A stretch of DNA of 64,000 nt from Elsinoe ampelina (taxonomy: Eukaryota), in the NCBI GenBank assembly GCA_010093995.1, contig ML992502.1, positions 62,001 through 126,000 on the forward strand. Direction: 5' to 3'. The notes below the pieces were generated by a model. That model did not search any database. It saw only the letters and a program-made list of their open reading frames with translations, and had not been told where the DNA came from. Positions 35,522 to 49,414 of the stretch are shown piece after piece. Position 1 is the stretch's first letter. Each line of letters starts with the position of its first letter. A program made the translations under genes and the position numbers.

Positions 35522-36183
35522 TGTGATATTAAAAGTGATTATTTGCTGAAGAGGACGTGGTTGTCAGGCTCTCGCCTCTCGTGTTGAGATTCCGGGGTTC
35601 GGCAGGAAAGGGGAGATCGACTTTGTTGTGTCGTGCCTGTCGAGGCAGTGCTGGCGGATTGAAGTCTCGAAAATGGTGATTGAGCGAGTGACAGATGTAG
35701 CGACTGGTTTTTGCGAGGTGAAGAAAGGTCGTGATGGACTGTTTGAGGAAATACACTCCTGCCGCTCAAATTCCCTTGGCGAACCACGACTAGGCTCATT
35801 TCGGCTTAGACGACTCCTCAACGGGCAACACACATCTCGTGTTTCTTACCTAGAAGGCAAAAGATCCGCGTCCATCTCTCCTCAAATAAAACCCCCTCGT
35901 ATACCATGTATTCCATGGGACAGGGTTCGTCTGGTGCAAGAGTCGATGTTATCATGCCCGAAACGCAGTAGACCATGTACTGAGAATGAACAAACCACCG
36001 CTCTTGATGCTCGCTGTCGATCTTGTCTCAACCCCTCGACTCACTCCGATACCAGAGCTGCACTATGGCTTCTACTGTGGAGGCCCACCTCTGGGCATTC
36101 TGGTAGTATCACCCATGGTGTAGGTTGCCAATGTATTTATCATCTATCATGTCTATCATACCTCGTGGCTCTTGATGTCATAA

Positions 36184-37858
36184 TCACGTATTCCCTCCAT
36201 CCCTCACAGGTGATGATTGCTTCGGATCCACATCATCGTTGTCTTCAACACCGCCATCTCGATAGTCCAGTCCCGCCATGCTCTCGACGTCCGTGTGAAC
36301 GCCTGTAGAAGTCGCCACTCCATCCTTCTCAAAGACCCATCTCCCCTCGTCCTTGTCCTCCTGCTTCTGTGGCCAGAGGATCTGCTTGAGATAGACAGCC
36401 CTGATCATTGCCCCAAAGACAAACATCCAGACAATGATGATCAGAACCATGAAGACGCATCCCAGAATTTGTACCGGCTTGTTCGCAAACGCGGATCCCA
36501 CTGCGAACGTCCCGGTCTGTGTATCGTCAGCGTTTCTCCCACATTGTGCTGGTAGTAACTTACCGTCAGCCCCGTATTCGGAAACACAAAACTATACCAC
36601 GTCATGGCAAACCCCATCCTCTTACTTCCCACACAACTCCAATGTGCCCCGAGACTGACGACAAAGAAAAACACCGCCAGACCCCACAACCACACTCCTA
36701 CCCAATTCGCCACGACCATGCTGACCACGCCCGCGATGTCCCCGACCCCCATGAACCCCTCCGGACTCACCCTGCCCACTACTTGTCCCAACCCCACCAG
36801 TCCCGCGACGGTAAACCCGGACGGACCCACACTGATAAACATGCCCGGCCTGAGACTCTCCTGCGGCAACTTATTCGTCATCAACCGATACAAAAACGCC
36901 GCATACACCATCAAGCTGACCATGAAGCCGATCCCCTGCAACGCCACACCCCCCACCACCACCCCCAACGCATGCTCATGATTCTCCAGCCTCTCCGCCA
37001 ACACCGCCGCATGAGGCGCAACTACCAGCAGCGGGTACGCCGGGAAGATCCACACCGGCGTCATCCGACTCAACGTGAACGTCTGCGTGGACCACATGAT
37101 GAGATAAATCCCACACGCACTCAGCATCGCGAGGGCACAATACGCCCAGAACAACCCCAGCATGGCAGTCGTGAGCCACGGCCGCGAAGGTCCGATGCCG
37201 TACAGCGTGATGTTCATGAGGATGGTGCCGAGGGAGATGACGAAGGCGGGGACGAAGAGGGATTCGGTCGGGTGCGTCAGGGAGGACCAGAAGGTGGATG
37301 GGTAGAGGCGGAAACGCGCCAGGATGCAGAGTGTGTTGAGGAGGAAGAGGAGGATGTTGAAGAGCATGAAGAATTGGCCGATGCGGTTCAGGCCCGAGAA
37401 GCGGTAGGGGATGGCGGCGAGACAGTTGGCGATTTGGCCGGTGGCCATGCTGGGGGGGGGTGTTAGTGGTGGTTTAGAAGGGTGGGTAGGAAAGGGAGGA
37501 CGAACGTCATGCAGAACCATGTCCAGGTAAAGTGCTTGATGCGGCGTCTCCATGGCAAATGCTCGGGCTCGGACGACGTTTCATCGTGTCTAGACGCAGC
37601 CTTTTCATTGTGATTCTCCCTATCGTGGGAACTGGAGAACGACACGGCGGTGCTCGGATTGCGACTGTGATTCGGACTGTGCAGTGGCGTCGGTATAGCA
37701 AATTGCCGCTTCAACACGGCCTGAGAATGTGTATCAGCTGATCGACCAGTATTTGTCCTGGCCTGAAGAGGTCGTAACCTATCATGGTCGTGACGGGATC
37801 CTGTCGTGTCTATCCTGATGATGGGTTCGCCACGGTGCGCGCCTTCGACTGTCGCCAT
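36184..37858 (-). CDS. TDT/SLAC1-family C4-dicarboxylate (malate)/sulfite transporter, Mae1-like
   Basis: HFTWTWFCMT|MATG, HPTESLFVPA, WIFPAYP, RPGMFISVGPSGFT, WYSFVFPNTG; introns 37505-37450 and 36563-36517 join three ORFs. Confidence 0.92.
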
Positions 37859-38395
37859 GGAATAGACATGGGGTCAAGGAAATGGCAAAAGGCTGTAGAG
37901 ACAGGTTTTGGATAAAATGCAGATAAGATCAGATGTTATACCCGACACTACCTTACAGTAAGGTTGTGGAAGGAGAAAGATGCCGTGAGGCTGGCGGGGA
38001 TTATTCGTCATTTGGAGCCGTGTAGCCGGCCTCGATTTCTGGCACGGCACATGTTGATCTTTGGTACAGACGGTTGGAGGCGTGAAGCTTGAATCTCAAA
38101 GGACGTCCCGTGAGCGATGATGCTGGACATACGTGAAGTTGCATTATTTCTTGTTGTGGTAGTAAGAAATGGTCACATGGTCTTTTGGTAGAGAAGCCGT
38201 CATCAGCAAAAACCTCCCAGGGTTGAATGAATAAGTCGTGGCACTGCATCAGCTGTTGCAGTTTCAAGCCAGGATAGAACTACCAGTGATGACATAGAGC
38301 GGACGAAAGGTCTTGGAAGAGTATACGCAGAGCAGCAAAACCTAAGCAAATCCGCGCTGCTCTTAAATATCTACAAGAATACTACCACCACCACT

Positions 38396-39809
38396 TCACA
38401 CCCCACCAATAGTTCCCCCAATCAGCGCGACCACCCCCTTCGAGGCCATCGACACGAAAAAGCAATCCACCACCACATCCCCAAACACCGTCTCCTGCAA
38501 ATCCGGCCCCTTCAAATACTCCACATCCGTCGTTCCAAACGGCACCAAAAACACCCTCACCTCATCCGTATTCTGCAGCGAACAGGCCACGGTCGCGAAC
38601 GGAGTCTGCAGCCCCCCAGTCGGCAACAGCACATCGCCCTGCGGAGACGAACTGCCCGCGAAGATCACGACAGAGGCGGTTTGGGGCATCTTGTCCAGCG
38701 GCGCGAGGCGGAGTCGGGAGACGCCGGTCGCGGCCATGACGGAGGGGTAGTAGATGAGGTACCGGTCGGTGGAGCGGAGGATGAGGTCGTTCTCGGCGTT
38801 AAAGGCCGAAGGGATAGAGGAGCCATTGTTGGCGTTGATGATGACATGGTTGGAGGAGGAAGGGGCGAAGAAGAAGGCGCCGGCGAGATCGGTGATGGAG
38901 ACGCTGGTGTTGTCTGCTGTTGTGAGCAGGGGAGCCACAGGGTTGCTGTTCCCTGCTTTGGCGCGCGTGACGGGTCCTGCACTGCAGACGTTGGTTTGGA
39001 CGCGGACGGCGGTGACACCGGTGCTGCCGTCGACGATGCTGGCGGGTGCTTGTCTGGAAGTGCCTTGGACTAGTGTCCAGCAGGCTGCGTTGGCGCCACT
39101 GTAGACGGCGGCGCGGCAGGTGTTGCCGATTGTGACACATTGCTCGATGCAATTCTCTCGGCTGGTGCCCGCTGTCATTGTGAAACCACCCTCGCTGAGC
39201 TCGGTCGCATTGACAGGCTGGGGGTCCGACAGAGCCCATACTTGACTATCGGAGGACACGTAGGCATGATCGGCTGGAATGCAGTCAGGGTCGACCGAAG
39301 CGGTAGCAGAGGCGGAGGATGTGGTCGTCGTTGTCTCGGTAGATGGAGTTGATACGGACGTCGAAAGTAGGCTTGTAATCGACAATGATGTTGTGGTCGT
39401 TGTGAGACTGCTCGCGAGTGCAGTGGTCGTGCTTGTGGTAGTGCTTATGGTAGTGCTTGTGGTAGTGCCTATGGTAGTGCTTGTGGTAGTGCTTGTGGTA
39501 GTGCTCGTAGTAGTGCTTGTGGTAGTGCTTGTGGTAGTGCTCGTGCTACTTGTGGTTATCTCGGAGCTTTGGACAGCGCTGCTACCTGAAGTGATAGTGG
39601 TCGAAGTGGTTGTGATCGGTTGTGTAGTCAAGCTTGACGTGGTCATACTAGGCGTCGTTGTGGTCCCAATCGCTGTCGTCGTTGTCGTGACTGACGGCAG
39701 TAGAGTTGTCGTAGTAGTCGATCTAGACGTGATCGTGGTAGTTGTGGTTGTTGGACGAGTTGTCGTCGTTGTTGTTCGACTCGTCGTCGTTGTCGGTCTG
39801 GTAGTTGTG

Positions 39810-39847
<38 letters not shown>

Positions 39848-42417
39848 AGGACCCGTGTACAAAAGGCCTTCACACAAATTAGCTATCATTCTCTAGTCGT
39901 GTTTGATTCTGCCATACCAACACATTGCTGTACCAGCGGGACAGTAAAGGCTGTCAACGAAATGGTCTTGAGCTTGAAAATGCTCAGGGAGACGGTCTGG
40001 AGGAATTCGACACCCCATGAGAACCCAATACAGTTCCCGACTTTGATATCCGGGACTTGTCCTGACAGAAACTGTGCGTGTGCGCCGAGTCCAGGCTCGA
40101 CGACCATGGCTACTGGAGGTCCAAGCTTGCCAAATAGTCCAAGTTTCGCTCCGACCGATATGGGAAATCTGAACGCAATTCCGGCTCCTACAACCGCCCA
40201 TGCCGTGAATTTCTTGTTGGACTGCTCTGGAGCGAATCCAGTCGCGTAAGACTTCTTATCGTCAACCAAGTCGATATGTACGTAGTAATTGGGCCATTTC
40301 ATTCGTAGACCGTACAAGGCTTGCCCCAGAGCCTTGACTTCAAGACTCGCTTTCGCCTTCAGAGCGAAGTATGGGGCTAGGCTCAAGACCTTGAAGATGG
40401 TGACACCCTTAAAGTCCGATTGGAGTGTGTCGGTCTCCCAATCAACCGTGTAGCCAAAGAGCAGGCTCAGACCAAGGTACAAGTCTAGCGTCATGTCACC
40501 TCGGAAATCGACCCAACCAGTCGACCTCTCGCCGTTAACGAGCGAGACGGATGCCGTCATCTTGGTATTCCTCCGGAAGGCGCAATCCACGCAAAACACT
40601 TCAACAGAGAGACCATTGACTGGCGCACCTGCAGCAGTGGTAGTACCAGGCAATAGCTTCTCCTTTATGCTCATGATTTGGTCCAGAGCTGCTGCTTTGA
40701 GGTGGGATTGTGTGTCCAAATTCGCGGACCACCTGAAGAAGCGATATTGATTGCCCCAAGGAGAACTTGCAACAGCTTTCGGCAGCTCTTTATTCAAGGT
40801 GAAGTCCGAATTGAAATCTACCCCATTCTTTCCACTGCCGGCCCCGTCACGGGCGACCAAAAGACGAGCGAGGGCGGTAAAGACATTGCCAGAGGTCTGC
40901 AAAGTCTTCGTCAATACTGTATCGAGTGCAGCAAACCAGGAATCAAGCAGACCGCTTCGGGACGGCGAGTAATTGTTTTTCTCTTCGGTGCACTGGTTAA
41001 GCAATTCATCACTAGCTTGACCGCCGTGTGGGAACTTGGCATTGACTTGCTTGACGCACTCTCCAAGCTGCAGAACGGGTCCCATTGCTAAGTCCCAGGC
41101 ACCCCGCTTGGTCAATGTAGTGGAAGTTGTTGGCCCATAGAGCTCTGGCGCAATTTGACCAAGAATTTGAGAGTCGTTGCCAGTATAGTAGGACAGTTTG
41201 TCATCCAGGGTTTGATCAAAGGTTGTGCCACAAGCGGCGTTCGGTAGAGACAGTGTTGATTTTGTACAATCGGGAGCTGCGGGTGGAGAAGTGTTTGAGC
41301 TGGTAATATTCACCGTGCCGAGATCGACCTGCATAGTCTTATAGACTGCTTGCATGTCCTTCAAGCTGCCACTTGCGGTGATGGTCGGGTATGCTGACTT
41401 GATGGATTGCACCACGAAGATTGAATTCTCACGCTCGTCGCCACAAGTTGAAGATCCCGAGATAAGTATGAAAGGCGCTCTCCAAGACGACACAGCCTTT
41501 TGAAATGCAGATTTGTCGTTGAACTTGACAGTCATCTCAGTCGCCGAGCAGGAGACGCTTTGTACAAAGGCTGAACGGTCTAGGACCACTGAGTCATATT
41601 GCAAGACAGCATTGACCTTTGCGACCATGCTTTCGGACGATCCTGGTTCAGACCCTGCGTAGTAGAGGGAGGCATTGGAGGCGGGTGCAAGTGCCTTTAG
41701 CGAGCGAGTAATTGCGTCGGTCGGAACCACCGGCATGAGGGAGACTGGACTGGCCGTTTCCTTACTGGTGACTGGCTCGGCAAGTGTCATATCGCCACCC
41801 AGGGAGCTGTTGAAGCTCACAGAAGGGCTACTCGTTGTGACTATAGCATCCGACTGTGTAGCTGTGGTTTGGAAGGCCGTGACTGTGGTACTGGGTTGCT
41901 TCGACGTGATAGCCGCACCTTTTGAAGTGGTGGTCCTTGCAGCCTTGAAGATGCCCGGTGTCTTGGCAGCACAGTTACAGATACTGGAGACCTTCGCAGG
42001 AGGCAATTGCGTAAATGGCGTAAGTTTCCTTCCGGCTTGCCCCCAGAAGCGGCAAAAGTTCAATGGTCTAATGATCTCTTGCGAGAAGACGCTGTAAGCG
42101 GGATCCCGAGCAGCGCATCTACCTGACACAATCGAGGGAGCCGGGATCGGTGTCGGTATACTACCAGCAAGTGATGATGTCGCTCGAACGCACCGGCATG
42201 CTGCTGAAAGGGCTGGTGCTTTGACTCCACTGAGAGGACTGTTGCCTCTTTCCTTGACCTTGAGCCAGTAATTGCAGAATGACCTTGGCGAACGGACGCC
42301 GGCGCGCAACTGCACAAGAGCAGGGTCGTTTTTCGAGCATGGTTTGCTTTCGGCATAGAGCGTCCACAGCTGCAACCATAGCAAGACCGCCAGCCATATA
42401 CCGCTAGAACGTGTCAT
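38396..42417 (-). CDS. Large secreted protein (~1323 aa): two Cys-rich N-terminal repeats, beta-rich core, Thr-rich stalk, PAN/apple-like domain
   Basis: Signal peptide; 50-nt intron 39917-39868 (gtatgg..gctaat..aag) fuses the 843-aa and 497-aa ORFs in frame; apple-like C..CIEQC..TCRAAVY..ACW. Confidence 0.82.
39425..39846. repeat. Coding tandem repeats (12-bp GTGGTAGTGCTT array ~39425-39545; (GTC)n ~39810-39846)
   Basis: Directly visible; encode TTST repeats and poly-Thr on the - strand. Confidence 0.9.
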
Positions 42418-43331
42418 GATCAGTGTCGTCTACCAGCAGTATGTGAGGAACGAGACATGGGCCAAGTCTTGTACCTACAATTCCCCTTTGGTATCTCGGC
42501 TTTGAAATCAACAATGGATTTTCGACCAGGTGGACTACCGTCTGCTAACGTTGAAACCCGTTGACTGTATCGGCCTCTGGTAGCCGCTGCTCCCACGCAG
42601 TCTCGTCGGGCACCAGACATTTGATGTGAAATCTGACGAGTTCCCCAGTGTAACCGAGAGAAGTTATTTGGAAGGTCGCTGGTCCGGAACAGCACGTCTG
42701 GTCTTCCTGTGCTGACTTCAGGTGGCGCAACGAAGCCGACATCTACGACTTAAGCATACTGTTGGCCCCCATTACTTACGACAGACCATCTCAGCCGCAA
42801 CTACGCGACCACGTGGTAGCCTCATCTACTACTCCACAGTGGGACGTGTTCCGCTCGGCTCGCGAGTCTCCCGACAATCTGCGAAGGGGATGGCCGTTGT
42901 GATTTTAAGCAAATTCGACAAAACGTCGTCGAGGAGTCGCAACGTCTACCGGATGAGCCCCATTGAGCCCCATTGAGATTAGTTGGACCATCTCCGTTAG
43001 CCTGGGCTAACACACTTAGCAGAACATGTTTTCGTCAATAGTTCGTGCTGATGCGATGAACGTCACGTTGGCAGGTGTCCAGTCCCGGAAATGCGGCACA
43101 AGTCGACATGCAAGTGATATTTGCTCGGTGATAGGCCAGTACATCTATTGTCGCCATCAACTCTTCTACATCATCCAGCTTCACAGACGTTAGAATCATG
43201 GTGGTGAATATAGAAACGATGAAGTCGAATTCAGGATCGAGCGTGTGTGTCGGGTAAAAGTGGGTGGTGTTGACTTGTGTGGGGGAGGAAAAAGGATTGA
43301 TTACTGCCTAAACCACCAAAATAAGGTAGAT

Positions 43332-46300
43332 TGTAACTATATAAATACTTAACCTAGTGTACTAAAAGATAGCTAAATCAAAAGAACTCCTTAATAGTAG
43401 CAGATTAAGACAATAATTATCTAATTTGATTATAGATTAGTAAAATAGTAAGATAGTGTTTAGTTTAACCTTAGGATAAACTAAATTAGGGTCTTCTTAG
43501 CGCTCTAGCTTATACCTCAGTTAATATACCCCTTTACTAAGTAGCTATAACTCTATAATAGCTAGTTAGTAGACTACTAACTCGAGAGATAGCTATTATA
43601 AGAAGGCCTTATATCTCCTAGGTAGTAATAATTTAGTAAATCTATTAGCTAGTATATCTACTAATAGTGTCTATATAACTAAGATAGGACTAGATAGATC
43701 TCTAGCTTAATTAATCTCTTGTTTTAGCTAATAATAATAAATATTAACATAGTAAAGATATATATTTAGCTTCTTAATTAGAGTAGTAATAAGACTAATA
43801 GTTTACTAATTATTACACTAAATACTAACATATTTAAGAGGATAGATAGAAGCTATTAGCCTCCTTTACTATATAGCTTACTTAGTAGTCTTTATAAAAG
43901 TAAGTAGCTTAGCCTCTATAGTTAATATTATAACTATTAGTTACTTTATAGCTTTCTAGTTAATTAATNNNNNNNNNNNNNNNNNNNNNNNNNNNNNNNN
44001 NNNNNNNNNNNNNNNNNNNNNNNNNNNNNNNNNNNNNNNNNNNNNNNNNNNNNNNNNNNNNNNNNNNNNNNNNNNNNNNNNNNNNNNNNNNNNNNNNNNN
44101 NNNNNNNNNNNNNNNNNNNNNNNNNNNNNNNNNNNNNNNNNNNNNNNNNNNNNNNNNNNNNNNNNNNNNNNNNNNNNNNNNNNNNNNNNNNNNNNNNNNN
44201 NNNNNNNNNNNNNNNNNNNNNNNNNNNNNNNNNNNNNNNNNNNNNNNNNNNNNNNNNNNNNNNNNNNNNNNNNNNNNNNNNNNNNNNNNNNNNNNNNNNN
44301 NNNNNNNNNNNNNNNNNNNNNNNNNNNNNNNNNNNNNNNNNNNNNNNNNNNNNNNNNNNNNNNNNNNNNNNNNNNNNNNNNNNNNNNNNNNNNNNNNNNN
44401 NNNNNNNNNNNNNNNNNNNNNNNNNNNNNNNNNNNNNNNNNNNNNNNNNNNNNNNNNNNNNNNNNNNNNNNNNNNNNNNNNNNNNNNNNNNNNNNNNNNN
44501 NNNNNNNNNNNNNCCTCTAATAGAGTAATACTAGAATAGTCCTTTATAAGATCCTCTACTACTAGCTTAAATCTAGTAGAGATAGTATAGTAAATAGTCT
44601 TATTAATAGAACTATTAATATAGGTATTAACAATATCTATCTAGATAGCCTCTATATCTTTATAAGTAAGTAATACTATAAGCATTCTAAAGATCTTAGC
44701 TACTAGAGTTACTATATAAGTCTTAGATTTTATTAATTAAAGATTACTCCTTATATAGACTTTTACTTTATACTTTATAACTTCTTCTTTATTATTAACT
44801 TTATAGGTAAATATCTATATTAAAGAGATAGGCTTACTAGTAGCTTAAGCTACTAGTATAATAGTCTATATATGTTTTAAGTATAAAGTAAGTAATTTAA
44901 CCTTTATAGCCTCTTAAAATTACTTCTTATAAGAATAAGCCTTAAGTTCTCTAATATTAGCTAGTAGTACGTCACAAAAACACTTTTCGTGGGGAGTTAG
45001 GGAATTAGGTTTATTGCTTAGGATTGCGTTGGAAAATCCTAAAAGAGTTATATTACCTTACTATTTTTCGTACTATTTTCGCGTTTTTCGCGATTTTACG
45101 TGTCTATTTAGAGTAAATTTACTTTCCCTATATATTATNNNNNNNNNNNNNNNNNNNNNNNNNNNNNNNNNNNNNNNNNNNNNNNNNNNNNNNNNNNNNN
45201 NNNNNNNNNNNNNNNNNNNNNNNNNNNNNNNNNNNNNNNNNNNNNNNNNNNNNNNNNNNNNNNNNNNNNNNNNNNNNNNNNNNNNNNNNNNNNNNNNNNN
45301 NNNNNNNNNNNNNNNNNNNNNNNNNNNNNNNNNNNNNNNNNNNNNNNNNNNNNNNNNNNNNNNNNNNNNNNNNNNNNNNNNNNNNNNNNNNNNNNNNNNN
45401 NNNNNNNNNNNNNNNNNNNNNNNNNNNNNNNNNNNNNNNNNNNNNNNNNNNNNNNNNNNNNNNNNNNNNNNNNNNNNNNNNNNNNNNNNNNNNNNNNNNN
45501 NNNNNNNNNAACGTAATCTAATGCAATCTAATGCAATTCCCCACGAAAAGTGTTTTCGTGACGTAGTAGAAGATTATCTCTTAATTCTAGCTTAGGCTAA
45601 GTTAGTGTTATTAATAGATAAGTATTAAAGGCTTAGTAATATTTAGAAGCCTTATTAGTTTATATAAGGGTAGTAATATATACTTACCTTCTTAGTTTTC
45701 TTATTCTTCTTATTATAAGAATATATTTAGAAAGAAGATTAGCTAACCTTATAGTAATTCTTTAAGAGAGTTACTTAGGCTAAGCTTTAACTACCTCTTT
45801 AGTCTAAACTTCTATCTTATTTCCTTTAGCTTTATCTCCTCCTAGTAGTAGAGGAGATAGCTATACTACTATAGATAGTAGTAAGGCTAGAGTATTAAAG
45901 AACTATTTATTTAGTAAAGATTCCTAGATTTAAGCTAGGTTTAGATCTAGAATAGTCTCTTCTAATTAGTCTAATAGAGGTAGTAACTAATCTAGTATAA
46001 TAGAGTAACTCTTATCTAGCTACTAAAATAGGCTTAGCTCTTAATCTAGATTACTCTAACTTAGAGTCTAAGATAGTATCTAGTTCGGCTACTAAACTAG
46101 ATTCTAAACTAGATTCTAAACTAGATTTAGTTTAGTTATTCTCTCTACTTTATATACTCCTTTAGATTTATTAACCTCCTATAGAAGCCTTAGTAGATTA
46201 AGTAATCTAATTAGTTTTAGCTAAGATTATTCCTCTAGCTTATAGAACTAAGTTTTATTAAATCTAATATCTCTTATTCTAATAACCTTCTTAGAGGCTA

Positions 46301-47905
46301 GTATAAAGATNNNNNNNNNNNNNNNNNNNNNNNNNNNNNNNNNNNNNNNNNNNNNNNNNNNNNNNNNNNNNNNNNNNNNNNNNNNNNNNNNNNNNNNNNN
46401 NNNNNNNNNNNNNNNNNNNNNNNNNNNNNNNNNNNNNNNNNNNNNNNNNNNNNNNNNNNNNNNNNNNNNNNNNNNNNNNNNNNNNNNNNNNNNNNNNNNN
46501 NNNNNNNNNNNNNNNNNNNNNNNNNNNNNNNNNNNNNNNNNNNNNNNNNNNNNNNNNNNNNNNNNNNNNNNNNNNNNNNNNNNNNNNNNNNNNNNNNNNN
46601 NNNNNNNNNNNNNNNNNNNNNNNNNNNNNNNNNNNNNNNNNNNNNNNNNNNNNNNNNNNNNNNNNNNNNNNNNNNNNNNNNNNNNNNNNNNNNNNNNNNN
46701 NNNNNNNNNNNNNNNNNNNNNNNNNNNNNNNNNNNNNNNNNNNNNNNNNNNNNNNNNNNNNNNNNNNNNNNNNNNNNNNNNNNNNNNNNNNNNNNNNNNN
46801 NNNNNNNNNNNNNNNNNNNNNNNNNNNNNNNNNNNNNNNNNNNNNNNNNNNNNNNNNNNNNNNNNNNNNNNNNNNNNNNNNNNNNNNNNNNNNNNNNNNN
46901 NNNNNNNNNNNNNNNNNNNNNNNNNNNNNNNNNNNNNNNNNNNNNNNNNNNNNNNNNNNNNNNNNNNNNNNNNNNNNNNNNNNNNNNNNNNNNNNNNNNN
47001 NNNNNNNNNNNNNNNNNNNNNNNNNNNNNNNNNNNNNNNNNNNNNNNNNNNNNNNNNNNNNNNNNNNNNNNNNNNNNNNNNNNNNNNNNNNNNNNNNNNN
47101 NNNNNNNNNNNNNNNNNNNNNNNNNNNNNNNNNNNNNNNNNNNNNNNNNNNNNNNNNNNNNNNNNNNNNNNNNNNNNNNNNNNNNNNNNNNNNNNNNNNN
47201 NNNNNNNNNNNNNNNNNNNNNNNNNNNNNNNNNNNNNNNNNNNNNNNNNNNNNNNNNNNNNNNNNNNNNNNNNNNNNATTAGTTATAATTAATAGTATAT
47301 AGGCTACCTTTATAAGATAGATAGTTATAGGCTTTCCTTTATAAAGAGCTATAATATTAATAGTTCTCTAACTCTTAATACTAAGTAAGGTATTACTATA
47401 GAATAGCTTCTTATAAAGTTCTATAATTCTAGTAACCTTATATCTGTCCTTTATAGTATAATTATAGATATAATTAGTTACTCTAGAATCTAGTATCTAT
47501 AAGTTAGAGATGTTACTAGTAGCTAAAATAAATACTAAGTGTAATCTAATAGTAATAGCTATATTAATTAATACTAGTAGAGTTAACCCCTTTTAATATT
47601 ATACTTCCTTAGTAAAAGAAGTCTTAATTCTCTCTTTAAGAGTCTTATTATTTAGTCTTTATTTAACCTCCTTTATAGTCTACTAGTTTAGTGTCTATTC
47701 TTCTAGCCTTAGATACTTATTTAAGTAATAGTACTTAATCTACTTATACTAGCCTTAGTATATATATTTAAGCTCTCTAGAGAGACTAGGTTTCTTATAA
47801 AGAATATTCTTAGTAGCTATAGAGAAGGCCGTAGCCCCCTTACTAGCCTTTATAGTACTATATAGCTTATAAAGTTTATAAAACTATCTAAATATAAGGG
47901 CTTAG
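43332..47905 (-). mobile_element. RIP-destroyed Ty1/Copia LTR retrotransposon (gapped, interrupted by nested elements)
   Basis: De-RIP motifs in Copia order on the - strand: gag knuckle ~47760, protease WILDSGAT ~47490, integrase C-term KKVIRTRDVRFD ~46290, RT LPPPP..WIFTYK ~44820-45570, RNase H ~43650-43950; PPT and putative 3' LTR ~43525-43332 ending in CA. Confidence 0.8.
44970..45563. mobile_element. TIR element/MITE with TA duplication inserted in Copia pol (interior is an assembly gap)
   Basis: CGTCAC[A/G]AAAACACTTTTCGTGGGGA inverted termini; TA on both sides; removal restores the Copia LPPPP frame. Confidence 0.8.
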
Positions 47906-49414
47906 TATTAGAGCGGTACTTAGTAGCGGCTAGTCCTACTTACGTAATGTACTTAAATATTCTATATAGCGCTTACGCCTAGGGCTTAATAGTAATTAGT
48001 TCTACTACTAACAGACTATTCGGTTAAATAGACATTCTCTATATTACGACATATATAGCTTTAATATAAGACATTAATAGTTCTAATTACTCCTCTATAG
48101 TTATAATCTATTAGACCTTATAGACAACTAGAACTCTATTAGTAAGGCGCCTATACCTCGTATAAACGATGTTATAGAGATAGACTCTATTAAGTAGACT
48201 TCCCTAGAGAAAGAAGAAACTCTTATAGAGTAGCTACTATACCTACGCGCCGAGCGTAAGTATTTAGAGCTAGAGCTTAAGGCTTAGAGCCTCGAGGAAG
48301 AGATTAAGTAGATATATTACTCGCGCGATATAGAATATACTTCTACTAGCTTTAGCTATAGCTTATATACCTCTATAGAGTATATAGTAAGTAAAGCTAG
48401 TACTTAGAGTATATATAGCTTAGGTAGATTATTTATAAGACTATTCTTAGAACAACCTTAATTAAGAGAGCCTTATCTCTATTAAGGTAAGACGCTTAAA
48501 GAGGTAAGATTCTTCCTAAAGGATCTTAAGGTTATCTTTACTCTAGCCTCTAAGGCTTATTCTACTAATTAGTAAAAGATACTATATAGAGTTATATTTC
48601 TCGCTAGCGAGCTAAATAAGATATAGTATTACTACTACTATATAAATAGCCTAGAGAGCTATATATAGAAGTAATTTTGCTAGTTTATATAGAATATAGT
48701 TAATAACTCTATTAACTATAGAGTGTATATAACTCTTATATATAAGAGTACCTAATAACGTAAGAGCTAATCTATCTAGGTCTTTACCTTAGAACTTACT
48801 ACCCTAGAGAAGTAACTAGCTCTCTACTTAGAAGAATAAAAAGTATACTATCTCCTTACTAAGTTATAGCCTACACTACGTACTACTATTATTAAGTACT
48901 ATACTATTCTAGCTACTCGCTAAGAATTAGTATCTCTTAGCTCTTATATTAAATTATTAAACTATATAAGCTAGTATAACTGTTAGAGCAGAGTTAGGGT
49001 AGCTAAAGGCCGACCCCGGTACTAGTATAGAGCTATTCTTAGTAGGTTAGTACCTAGTGCTAAACTAAATAGTACTAGCTCTATACTCTACTATATTAGT
49101 ACTAGTACTAGTACTACGCCGAGCTATACTAGTACTAGTACCGTACTATAGTTAAGCAAGAATAGTACTATACTATAATAGCGCTATACTATACTATAAT
49201 AGCACTATACTAAATTAGTACCGGGGTTAAATCCTAGTATTATACTACGTTATAGTACTACGCCTTAGTTAGGCTTTAAGGCGACTATAGTTACTATACT
49301 ATACTTTAGTATTATAATAAGTCTATAGAAAGGAAATTTAATAGTCTAGTCTATATAAAAATATACCTACCTATTTCTTATAGTTTATTCTTATAGTATT
49401 ATAGAGAAGAGGTC

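Noticed and set aside
1300..39896. Numerous antisense and alternative-frame ORFs (e.g. 1300-2076, 16409-17314, 29472-30431, 36519-37466, 39279-39896)
   Set aside because: Low-complexity shadows of GC-rich, skewed or repetitive real genes
39886..39917. Apparent frameshift between the 843-aa and 497-aa ORFs
   Set aside because: Explained by a canonical 50-nt intron
45014..45595. 193-aa ORF in the track
   Set aside because: Artefact of translating through an N gap
49020..49260. TAGTAC-type short repeats resembling an array or CRISPR
   Set aside because: Irregular hAT subterminal repeats mirrored at ~56560-56780; eukaryotic DNA with no repeat-spacer periodicity
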